A stretch of 64,000 bases of DNA, from assembly GCA_028534125.1 (NCBI GenBank), contig CM052818.1, positions 9,054,001 through 9,118,000 on the forward strand, written 5' to 3'. Made by a program: the position numbers and the translations under genes. Shown in pieces: positions 53,035-64,000 of the stretch. The notes below the pieces were generated by a model. That model had not been told where the DNA came from. It was given only the letters and a program-made list of their open reading frames with translations, and did not search any database. How positions within the stretch are numbered: the first letter of the stretch is position 1; every line of letters begins with the position of its first letter. The DNA comes from Lama glama. Taxonomy: Eukaryota.

Positions 53035-54111
53035 CTACCTAGTTTTAATGAGAGTTTTTGGAAAATAAGCCCTTTCCTTAATACTCAGTAGAACATAGCT
53101 CTTTAGAGCAGCCAGTATCTCTTTGACTGATTCAGTCCTTTGTGAGGGAATACCTGTCCTCTTCCCTTGGGAGGAACTTAGTATTTTTTTAGCTGGACAT
53201 ACACTCATCCAGCAAATATTTATTGAGCACCTGCCGTTGGCTGGGTATTTCTCTAGGCACTGGGGACACAAGTGTGAACAAAGCAAACAAATGCCTGCTT
53301 TTGTGATGCTTTTTTGGTAGGGGCAGGCAGACAATACACAAATAAGAAGGCTATGTAGGATGTTAGTTGGTGGTGAGTATTTATGAGAAAAAGCAGAAAA
53401 GGGACGCTGACAGTGAGTCAGGGGAAAGGTGGTAATTTCAAATAGTAGTCAGTGAAGCCGCTGTTGAGAAGATGACATTTGAGTAAAGACCTGAAGGAGT
53501 GAGCAAGTGGGCTGTGCCAGTAACTGGAGGAAGAGCATCCCAGAGAGAGGGAACAGTAAAGGCCCCGAGGTGATTTTGCTGATTCTGTGAGTGTTGAAAA
53601 AACTGCAAACTGGAATCAGCCACTGCTGCTAGAAGGAACTGCTGCTGGGGTGGCACAGGCAGACAAATGGACAGAGAACTAATCTGAAGGAATAAGTCCC
53701 TTCTTCCTCCTACAGACTTGCAGTCTCCCTCTAGCCCCACTTTTGGAAGAGTCTAGCGGGGACTGGCCAAGCAGAAACATGGTTTGCAGAGTTCAATCCC
53801 CAGCATCATGTAGCAGGGTATAGAAGAACAGCACTGGAGCTGAGAGATAACAGTTGAACACCCAGCACATATACTTCATGTATCGTAGAGCTGATGTTCA
53901 AAAGGTTAGGGCCTATGTTACATGGGCAGAACCTAGGCTTGAATGAGAATTCTGATGCCATATCTGTAATCTTTTCCTCAAGCCATGAAAACACTCCACA
54001 CTGAAAAGTTAACTTCCATCAAAGTGTTGTAATGAGGCTGAAACCAGGTGACAAGTGAGTAGTCGGGAGCCAGCAGTAGACAAGAAACAGAAACTACCTC
54101 CTGCTTGCCCT

Positions 54112-54829
54112 TGTTGCCAAAACTTGGCCTCTGGACCCCATTTACCGAATTAAGACTCAAGGACAGAGTTTTGATGAAGTAGAAAAGGTAGCTTTATTTC
54201 TTTGCAGGGCAGAGGAGATCATGATGGGCTGATGCCTCCAAGACTGATCCTGCCAGGGAGAGACGGTAGGGGGTTTTATAGTAAGAGTTCAGGGGGTGAC
54301 ACTGGTTTCCATAGAGATCACATACAGGGTAACAACTTGTGGCAAAGTTGTTCTTGTTTTCGTAGATGCAGTAGTCCCCTTTCTTCTATTGGGTCTGATG
54401 TTCACCTCTGGCTTTGAAACTCTTCTAATATTCTTGTGTCTAGAACAAAGGTGCTTAGGAAAGGGATCTGTAGAAAAGTGCTCTAGAGAAAAACTTGTGC
54501 AGTGTAAAGTCAGGTTGATATATACTTCTGGCATTTTAGGCAGGCTGAGGCCTGAGCCTCAGTGTTTGCACAGGCTGGGACAACAGAATACAAAGAAACC
54601 ATGAGGGGCTAAATGTAACTGCAGACAGTTATGAACAACAAGATGTACAAAACACCCAACTGCTGTCTCTGAGGTTTTGGGAGGAAGACAAGGGGGTTGG
54701 GCAGATCACCCAATCTGCCCAGTCCTGGTCAGCAAAAGCATGAGAAAAACCCTTTAAATTATTATAGTTAGTTAAGCAGTTACAAATACCATAAGGCCAC
54801 CAATGACAATAGGATCCTACTTGGTTACA
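54112..54829 (-). mobile_element. Solo ERV LTR
   Basis: TG...CA ends; TSD ccct/ctct; minus-strand AATAAA near 54193. Confidence 0.75.
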
Positions 54830-55084
54830 CTCTAACGTCCCTTTCCAGGTTAGCTTCCCAAAATTGCTTTATGCATTTTTACTTTCTTTTCATCCTGCAG
54901 CTGTGTGCACCTTGCTTTCTACCATGACCCCCACCCTGGACGCTTTCGCTAATGTAAGTTCCTTTGTCTGGAGTACGTTTCCCTCTTTCCCCCTACACTT
55001 TCTCTGATCCTCCAGATTCTTCATTTCATTGACTCAGCTCAAATATCACCACCTCTAGGAAGCCTACCTTTATCTTCCAAACTC

Positions 55085-55646
55085 AAACCAAACCAGAGCT
55101 CCCTTCACACAGTGAGGTCGAACAAACTGAAACATTGCAGTTTGGAGCAGAAAAACATTTATTGTAGGATTAAGCAAGGGAGAACAGGCAGTTCATGCTC
55201 AAAAACCTGAACTCCCCTGATGGTTTTCAGGGAGAGTTTTTATAAGCAGAATTTGGAGGGAGGGCTGCAGGTGTGTGACCTTCCTCTGATTGGCTGCTGG
55301 GAGGTAACAGGGTAGTATTCCAGGAATCTCAATCATCAGCCTTCTGGTTCCAGCCAGTCTGGGGTTTCCATGTGCTTATGCCCAGCCTGAAGTTACCATC
55401 CTCCACCTGGATGGGGGCCTTAGTTCCTGTAGAAGAACTCAGAGATGGTATCAGACTGTTATGTATGTTTCTTGAGGAGGAACCAGGACCCTGCCCCATC
55501 ACTGTTGCTAAAGTTTCTTGACTGCCTTTCCTTTGTTTCTGCATTCCCTCACTCTAATTGGTAACTGTTTGAATCTGCCCTTTGGAACCAGAACACTGAA
55601 AGGCTTTTGTACCCAGGAGGGCCCCACAGGGTTCTGCTTGGTTTCA
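55085..55646 (-). mobile_element. ERV1 LTR
   Basis: Minus-strand start TGAAACC; minus-strand AATAAA near 55158; CCAAT near 55290. Confidence 0.7.
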
Positions 55647-56459
55647 ACTTGGCCTTTGCATCTCTCATGACCACTTTCTATTTCCCCTTTAGTCCTCCTG
55701 TCACTGCTTATTTCGATGTTGGTGTTTGCCAGCATTTCCATCCTTAGGTTCTTGCTCTCATTGCCCCCACACTCCCCCAGGCAGCCATATGCACACAAGG
55801 CTGCACTTGCACTTCTTCGTGCATTGCTAGCTCCTGTACCTCTGTCTCCAGCCCAGCCTTCTCACTAGGTCTTCAGATACATTTACCCACATGTTTCCTG
55901 GACATCTGGCTGCCCCGCTATCCCCTCACACTCAGTGTGTCTAGGACAGAGATTAGTTTCCTTTTCCTAAACACTCTTCTCCCCTGTATTCCCTGTATTT
56001 TTGAAAGGCAGCACCACCGTCTACCTAGACAGACAGCACTCCAAGCAGAAATCTTTTCATTTTCTTGCCCCCCGTCCAGGCCATTATTGAGTTGATGATT
56101 CAACCTCTTAAATCTCCCAAGACAGCCTCCTTTCTTGTGTTCCTGGTACTGTTCCCTTAATTCTACCCTTAATACCTCTGACTCAGACTTTGCAGTAGCC
56201 CATTAACTGCTGCCAACCCTGTGTTCCCTCACTCTACCCCATTTGCTACCAGAGAGTCCTGAGTGTTGCTGACCATGTCACTGCTCTGCTAACATCCTTT
56301 AAGGCTTCTTTTGCCTGTGGCCTGGCCCCCTGGGCTCTTGGTTGGGGCTCCTGACTTGCCTTTTTCACCCTGTTCCCCACCCACCCTCAGACTGTTAACC
56401 TCCCTCTGAGCACACCATGCCTGTTTCCTCCTCTTGTGGCTAAAAAACCTTTCCTGTCC

Positions 56460-56650
56460 TTGGAAGGAGTATGGTGTGTCTTTGGGGCCTAGCAGACTTG
56501 GGATTGAATCCCAGCTCTGCTACTTACTGGCTATATGACCGTAGGCAGGTCGCCTAACTCCTCTGAGCCTCAGTTTCCTCATTGAAGACAGAATACCTGC
56601 CAGTTGCACCATCATAAGGTAACACGATGAATGTTCTAGCACCATGCCTC
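56460..56650. mobile_element. MIR SINE
   Basis: gaatcccagctctgctacttact...ctctgagcctcagtttcctcat core. Confidence 0.85.
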
Positions 56651-58244
56651 AGTTTCTTTGTTTTTCAGTGCTTCTTTTCTCTAGCAAACTCTGTCCTTGT
56701 TCATCCTTATGTTTCCAGTCTGGCTCACCTCTGTGGATTCTGCTGCTTCTCTCCCCGGGTGAGAATTAGGTATCCCTTCTGTGAGCTCTCCTGGTGTCTG
56801 ATAGTGATACATGGTCACTCATCTGTCTCCCTGCTCAGCGGGGCCCAGCTCGTGGGTAAGAATGAGGGGTTCTGTCTTGTTCAATTTGCTATCAATTATT
56901 TATCTACGCGTCCTCTCCTAAACTAGCTGGAAACTTCTTGAAGATGGGGTTTTTATCTGATTTGTACCATTCAGCAGCTAGCTGAATGCTGGGTGTCCCT
57001 AAATATTGAATGAATGAGGAAATTAGCAAAGTACTCATTCTCATAGCTAAGAAGATAATGGTGAAGAGCACGTACAGAAACAGCAGAAAATTCTCTTCAC
57101 TGAGTTGTACGACATAAAGCAGTTCTTCAATTTATTTGGTAATAAATTTCTGCACACTGGTTCTACTGAAGGAAGCTTGTTTTCTTTCATTTGTTTTCTC
57201 TAAGTTATCTCAAGTGGTCAACACTGGCCTTTTGTATACTGTTTTAGCCCATTGAAAAATTATATTTATAAATATTGTATATAACTGACTTTGGAATTTT
57301 CCTGTTGGGAGACACTACTCAGATTTATTTTCTAGAGTCTTACCAGATTGGATCTGTAATTTTCTATGGCAAAGATGCATTTTTCATTTTGAATCTATTT
57401 CAGGCAGTAAGCTAAATTTAAAACCATGGTCAGCAGCCTTTTTTGTATAGTATCATAAGTAATTTCACTTGTCTCTCACCTGGGAAAATATTAAAATATT
57501 TATATTTGTAGAGAGTATGGGGTTTTATCTCTTTAGTTGCTGCAGTTAAAAGAATTTTGAAAAGTATGTGAAGGGAGTGAGGGAAAAAGATCAGGCATCC
57601 CCTTCCAGGCGTGTATACAGAACAGCTATACTATATGTTCTTGTCTTGTCACCCCACAATCCCTGTCACCCTTGGGAGCAGCTGTTCTGAAAATCTCTCC
57701 CATGGCCTCCTACTCCCTCCTGAGGCCTCGCCCCCACCCCACCCCCGACATCCAGGAGGGCTTCTCCCTGGCCCTTTGATGAGCCACTAAGAACTTGGTT
57801 CCCTCCCTTCTCCTGGCACACCCCTGGGGCCCAGGCTGCAGGAGCCCTGCTGGGGGAGAGTACTGGGCTATGCTTGCTTGGTTTGCAGCAGGAGGAACTG
57901 TGTTCTTCACCTCAAGTAACTGACTACTTAGAAGGAGGCTCTTTAAACGAGTGGTTTGGGTTTATCCTATTAAGTGTATAGGTTAGTACATGATCTGGGA
58001 ATCTCACCATTCTTTATGAAATGGATAAAATAGCATTTATTCTCTGGCGGCTTGGTCTCTCTCGTTTCATTAGGAGAAAATGTACATAGCCCACAAGTAA
58101 TTTATAATCCATAATATGTTCATAGTCCACAAGTAACATATAACCTAATTAAGTGGACTTTTTAAAAAGCAGCATTGGGAATCAGCGTCAACTTAATTTG
58201 TCTTTCAATCCAGACACCATAACAGGTGGTTTTCCTCCTACCAG

Positions 58245-58483
58245 GCTGATTTTAACACCAACGTTCCTGGGGTGGACGAACAAAAATGTATATCCCATGA
58301 GGATTTTGTGGACTTTTCTGATATTTATCACTCTAATGAAGAGTATTTCAAGAAACTAGAAGAACTCAAGGCTGCTTACTTGGAAACTATGGCAAAGTTA
58401 GAGAAAATGTACCAGAATAAACTACATTTAAAGGAAGTTCAGCCAGCAATCATCAGGGAAGAAGCTTCTAGTGTCTCTTCTGG
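58245..58483 (+). CDS. FAM161A: FAM161A exon 2 (239 nt)
   Basis: ADFNTNVPGVDEQ...HSNEEYFKKLEELKAAYLETMAKLEKMYQNKLHLKEVQP...; flanked by ccag and GTAAGT. Confidence 0.94.
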
Positions 58484-59722
58484 GTAAGTTCATAATGTTA
58501 TTTGTGGACCATAAAATAAAATGTATACTTAACAGCACAGAACAAAATTTTTCAGAATATTTTCTCTCAAATGTCCCTTTGTGCTTTTAATGGTACACAG
58601 AGGTGAGATTTTATTAAAATTCTTTGATGGCTTATCAACCTACTAAGTGGCTTCTTGCTTTGAGGGTCATTTGGTGGCCATTTGCTCTTTTCTCTCTGGC
58701 CCACCACTCTTAGACAGGTGTCAAATATTTAGTCTGGGGCCATTTTCAACTGATGAATATTAAAATTTAAAAGCCCTTTATAATATGTGGATTAACATGA
58801 ACTCATTAACATTAACTCATAGTACAAAGAGTTCAGGACGAAGACATAAATCTGATTTAAGTTTTCAAATAGTCACTTTTGCCATAAATTTACTGCTTTT
58901 GAAACTTGAGGCAAGTCCCTTAACTTGTCCTGTTGGTCAGTGCTGATTGTGCGTCTCCTGTGTCCCAGACCTTGCCTGGGCACTGAGGAGTCAAAATCAA
59001 GATGCTCTCAAGGAGGTCAAAGACTAGCTGAGATCCAAAAACACAGCACGGCGGAACAGAGTGTTTGGAGAGGGAGGAAGAAGCAGTTGACAATGTCCAG
59101 GTGTCACTGGAGGGATGCAGGCATGAGTTTGCTACTGAAGTGTCATATCCGAGTTCAGTCTTAAAGAGGAAGTAGCTGAAGCAGGTGTAGGAAGCAAGGA
59201 GTGGCCTTCTCAGCAGCAGAAACCACGTGTGCAAAGGCACGATGCTGTGAGAAATCACGGTGTGTGGGAAGAACTTTGTGTGAGTGCATCTGACTTAAGA
59301 GTGGTGACTGGGGCAGGGAGAGGCAGGAGGTGAAACTGGAAAGGTAGGAAGGGCTTTATAATCTAGATTCAACTTTGTAACAATACAAATCATGGAAAAG
59401 TTTAGAGGAGAGGAGTGATGTGATCAGATGTGTGTCTTAAGATGGTGACTCTGGGAAATGTGTGGAAAATTCAGTAGTGGTTAGACACAAGGAGCCTTTG
59501 CTGTTCTCAGGTTCCTGCCCAGCAGAATGAGGGATTTGAATTAGATCATTTATAGACATCTCCCAGGCTCTGTTCTAAAAAAAAGTGATCCTTTTTCACA
59601 AGCCCTATCCAGCACCTGTCTTCTAACTGATTTTACTTTGATCCTAGAAATTATAGAATTCTTAATTTTTATATTTGGTCACATACAACTAGAAGAGTAA
59701 CCAAATTATTTTTCTCACTTAG

Positions 59723-60892
59723 GTCCGTATCAGAAAGGAACTCCTATTGCCCTGTCTCGTTAATGACATCAATTTCAGAGCCTGATTTAGGTCAGTCTTC
59801 CTCCTTGATTGTGTCTTCCTCTGAAGATGAGTTGCCCTGCTTAGAGAACGAGTATCCAGAGAAAAGCAGAATGATGACCTACGCTAAGGAGCTCATCAAC
59901 AACATGTGGACAAACTTCTCTGTTGAAGATTATATTCGATATGAAGATGCTGACTTGCCAGTGTGTGAAAAAACAAAGAAGAAACCAAAAGAATGGGTGC
60001 CAAGGCTTACAGTGCCTGAGCCTTTTCAAATGATGATTAGAGAGCAGAAGAAAAAAGAAGAGAACATGAAATCTAAATCAGAGGCTGAAATGGTACGCAA
60101 ACTGCTCAAAAAACAAGAAGAAGAATCAGAATGTAAGAAAAAATTCCGAGCCAATCCAGTTCCCGCGTTTGTTTTTTTCCCCCTTTATCACGATATAGTC
60201 AAGCAAAATGAAGAACGGAGGAGGTCTATGAAGGAGAAAAACAAAGAAGCTCTTCTGGCCTCGCAAAAGCCATTTAAGTTCATTGCAAGGGAGGAACAGA
60301 AGCAAGCAATTCGGAAAAAGCAGCTGAAAGACTTTTTTAAGTCTGAAAAGAAAACAAATCGATTTAAAGCTAGACCTATACCTCGATCTACTTATGGTTC
60401 AACTATCACGGACAGGTTAGCGGAAGAAGAGCTCTATAGAAACATTAGGACCCAGCAAAGAGCCCAAGAGCTTTTACAGAATTCATCCCCTCTGCCTTAT
60501 AGACCAGCTCATAGAAGTCTTGCTTCAAGGAAGCCCAAGTGTCCTGAACAGGCTGAAAAGTCAAAGTATAAACACAAGTTTAAGGGCCAGACTGTTGATT
60601 CTGAAAACCTTCCTGAAAGATATCAGAAACACCACTCAGAACAGAAGTGTCCAAAGCTCCTAACAGTCTGTGAACCATCTGACCTTCACACCACCTCACA
60701 TGCATCCACTGAAAGAGAGAAAATTTTGGCAGACATTGAAGCAGATGAAGAAAATTTGAAAGAAACACATTGGCCTTACCTGTCTCCAAGGCGCAAGTCA
60801 CCAGTAGAAAGTGCAGGTGCGAAGCCTGCACCTTATAGCTGCAACCCTCCGATGCCCACCCTGTCCTCCAGAGGAAGAGAGCTAGCCACAAG
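59723..60892 (+). CDS. FAM161A: FAM161A exon 3 (1170 nt, UPF0564 domain region)
   Basis: Contains the 377-aa ORF with TVPEPFQMMIRE, KFRANPVP and FKARPIPRS motifs; flanked by ttag and AG|GTAGAT; phases match exons 2 and 4. Confidence 0.96.
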
Positions 60893-61236
60893 GTAGATAA
60901 CCGATAGAGCACTGGCCGCCTCATGGTTGCTCTGTTGATTCTGTGTTGGGGAATTTGCAAGTACGAAGTTATTATAGCTGGTAACATATTTTACTGTATA
61001 ATATAGGACTTTTTGCCAGAAGGTGTTCTTCTAAGAAGTGAATGTATTTTCCATTTTATGAATCTTTGGGGATAGAAAAGCTTACAGTCAGCCTATTGAT
61101 TCCTAATTTCACAAGTCAGATCCTTTTCAAAAGGTTGCCCCTTTTTTTCAACCTTTGAAATATCCTGTGTTAAATCTTTGCTAAAAAGCATTTTCATTGG
61201 CTTAAAGTGAATTAAGCCTTAGTTTGTTGCCCTCAG

Positions 61237-61404
61237 GAGATCACTTGAGGAAAAGAAAATGTTGGAAGAAGAGAGAAATCGGATCCTAACTAAGCAGAAG
61301 CAAAGAATGAAAGAATTGCAGAAACTCCTGACGACTCGGGCTAAGGCTTATGACTCACATCAGAGTTTAGCTCAGATGTCTAAATCCAGAGTGAAATCTC
61401 TCAG
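61237..61404 (+). CDS. FAM161A: FAM161A exon 4 (168-nt symmetric, alternatively spliced exon)
   Basis: RSLEEKKMLEEERNRILTKQKQRMKELQKLLTTRAKAYDSHQSLAQMSKSRVKSLR; flanked by tcag and GTATCA; phase 2 on both sides. Confidence 0.94.
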
Positions 61405-62437
61405 GTATCAGGAGAGAATCCTGACCCTGCAGATCATTGATTTTCAAACTTTTTTTTTAATCAGTGGACCCCAATTTATGAACAGATTAAGAATAGTATT
61501 AGTATTTCAGTTTATGAATTCAAGTTACTATCAGTTACTTATAATTAACATACTCACACACACACACATTCACTGACTTCATGTGAGAACCAGCATGTAT
61601 TCTCACCTCGTGGTGAGGACCATGATACCATGTTGATGAGAAGAAACATTTCTGATTGCGGCCATAGTTAATATTTATGATCTTATATCATCATCTAATC
61701 TTGTTCTTTATATTATTTTTTATTGCACAGTACAATATTGAGAAAAATCTTGATTCAGATAAAGCTCTTTTTTAACAGCTTGCCATATATCTCAGAACAT
61801 TCTTCCATAAACAGATATGTCAGAGAGCTTTGTTCTAAAGTCTGCATGAAATCTGATAGCACAGATTAACACATTGATGTTAATTAACATCAGTTATGTG
61901 ATGTGTCAGTTAGCACATGTGTTAATATTTAGTGGTATGTGTTACACAGTGGAATTCTGCAGTACAAAGTTTGAAAATCAGTGTTCCAGAGGGACATTTT
62001 TATGTTGCAAAAAATGTTCATGTTTATTTAAGTAGTAAAATAGCTCCCCCCAATCTGGGTAAGTAATATGATTTATTAATTTTTAATCTGACTTATAAAT
62101 ACTCCCAAAATCTGTATTTGCTTTAAATTATGAGTATTCCTCTAAAAATGTATATTATGTATCATAATTATTATATTCCTTTATAATGTATATTATGTAT
62201 ATATTCCTTATAACGTATATCAGTGTAATTCACTGATAGAGCTTGATTTGATGAACTTGAGCAAAAAAATCCTTAGAAATACACTCTTCATCCTTAGAAA
62301 GTAAGCTGGATAATAATAATAATGCTAAATTGTAATTAACCATAATTATCATTTTATAGTAGTATTATTTTTTCTAATCCATGAAATCTTTTGCTCTTGG
62401 TAGAGTTAGTATGATTTACTTAGAGAAAATAGCATAA

Positions 62438-62571
62438 ATTTTTCGTTGAAGTATAACTGATTTACAATGTTGTGTTAATCTCTGGTGTACAGCATAGTGA
62501 TTCAGTTACATTTATATGCATATATATGTATTCTTTTTCATGTTCTTTTCCATTATGGTTTATTACATGAT
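62438..62571 (-). mobile_element. Short young L1 3' tail
   Basis: Perfect 15-bp TSD GAGAAAATAGCATAA at 62423-62437 and 62572-62586. Confidence 0.85.
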
Positions 62572-63145
62572 GAGAAAATAGCATAATTTAATTCATTATA
62601 GGACCTTGTTCAAAGTAAGTATATTTCCTGTGAATTTATATATTTTGGTTCTTGTTCCTCTGTGTGTTGTATTCCCATACTCCCCATTTCTCCCCTGACC
62701 TGCTCCATTAACTTTGCTACCAAGCTCTAGGAGGTCTCACTTAGGGGAAAAAAGAAGAGCAAAGTCTTGTTTTCAGAAGAAATTCCTTAAAGAGAAGATA
62801 CTTGATTTGGACCAAATTTTCTTGGTTTTACATACTTATAAATGAGATAAGAGGGCATTCATCGATCTCTTCTGGCCGGTTTGAAGCCCTTAGTAAGTTA
62901 CATTTTGAAGATTTCAGAAACCTCAAAGTTTCCTTTGAGAAATTGTTCCTGGGATGTAAAACATGTGGTCTCAGAACCTTAGGATTTTTTTCTGCATTCC
63001 ATAAGAATTTACCAGTCTAGAAAATATATTCTGGTAAACTGTAAACTCTGCTCATAATTTCATTTCTGGTTTGTCATCTAAGCTAAATGTTGTGTTGCAA
63101 GTTCTTATTTCTTTTTAAAATTCCATTCCCTTTATTTGATTTTAG

Positions 63146-63245
63146 AAAGAGTGAAAAGGAAAGGATGAGAAAATACCGACAAGAACTAGAAGAAAGAGAA
63201 GAAAAATTAAAAAGCAGGCCGCTGCTATTTGAAAGAGTTGCTCAG
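63146..63245 (+). CDS. FAM161A: FAM161A exon 5 (100 nt); gene continues beyond the window
   Basis: KSEKERMRKYRQELEEREEKLKSRPLLFERVAQ; flanked by ttag and CAG|GTTGTG. Confidence 0.93.
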
Positions 63246-63624
63246 GTTGTGTTTGTTGGCATTTAAGAGCTATTGTCAGCTTTTTTTTTTTTAACATCTC
63301 CAGCTGCAAATTATTATAGTCCATTTTTCTTATGTGTTATCTAATTTATTTCTGTGACAGCTTCATCTTATCAGTCAAGTAAGTAATTTAGCTTAAATCT
63401 GAGCATTAAATCTTGTTGATGAGGCTCATAAGCTTGAGAAAGAGCATGTTGCTCATCCAATCGTTTTCAAAATACTAATTTCACAGCCTGTTTTTAATGG
63501 CTAGTCTCTCTTCAGTACCAACTTGGCCAGGTATTAAGGTGAGGCTTCATGATATAAGTTGGAAGTCTTTGAAGAATTAAAAAATGAAACAAAATGGCTA
63601 ATTGAATCAGATTTATTTCTGCCA

Positions 63625-63975
63625 TTTTTTTTTCAGTTTTATTGAGATAAAATTTACATATAGCAGGTATAAGTTTAAGGTGTACAACATGACTTGGCAT
63701 ACATATATTGCGAAAGGATTACCACAGTAAGTTTAGGTAACATCCATCATCTCATATAGTTAACAAAAAATTTTTTTCCTTGTGATGAGAATTTTCAGGA
63801 TTTACTCTCTTAGCAACTTTCAAATAGACCACACAGCAGTGTTAACTATCATCATCTTATCGTACAATATACCCCCAGTACTTATTTATGTTACAACTGG
63901 AAGTTTGTACCTTTTGACTCATTCATCCAATTCTTCTAGGAAATACAAATTTGATCTCTTTTTCTATGAGTTCTG
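63625..63975 (-). mobile_element. L1MA-like 3' end followed by (TG)n
   Basis: tttattgagataaaatttacata...tttactctcttagcaactttcaaa. Confidence 0.8.
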
Positions 63976-64000
63976 TGTGTGTGTGTGTGTGTTTGTGTTT

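Noticed and set aside
48385..58244. CRX (TAATCC/GGATTA) enhancer cluster in FAM161A intron 1
   Set aside because: Only scattered single motifs, one inside an LTR; no cluster I can support.
1..64000. CRISPR arrays, operons or other prokaryotic-type systems
   Set aside because: The sequence is intron-exon mammalian DNA with no repeat-spacer arrays.

Overview
This window is mammalian genomic DNA, probably from a camelid (inferred from a tRNA-Ala-derived SINE that resembles the camelid Vic-1 family). It carries the conserved COMMD1-CCT4-FAM161A block. On the minus strand are COMMD1 coding exon 1 (27429-27253) and the first ~27 kb of its intron 1, which runs off the window start. On the plus strand is a complete 14-exon CCT4 (33400-44882; exon lengths sum to 1620 nt = 539 aa + stop, all introns GT-AG). 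FAM161A exons 1-5 follow on the plus strand (48184-63245), including the symmetric 168-nt alternative exon, and the gene continues beyond the window. The rest is mostly decayed ERV/LTR, L1, L2, MIR and DNA-transposon sequence. Repeat family names come from recognition, not from a RepeatMasker run. I found no convincing novel biological system. The most noteworthy observations are a perfect four-unit heat shock element at CCT4, a triplicated RFX-like motif at FAM161A, phase compatibility for an in-frame CCT4-FAM161A read-through, and a fossil retroviral env immunosuppressive domain.
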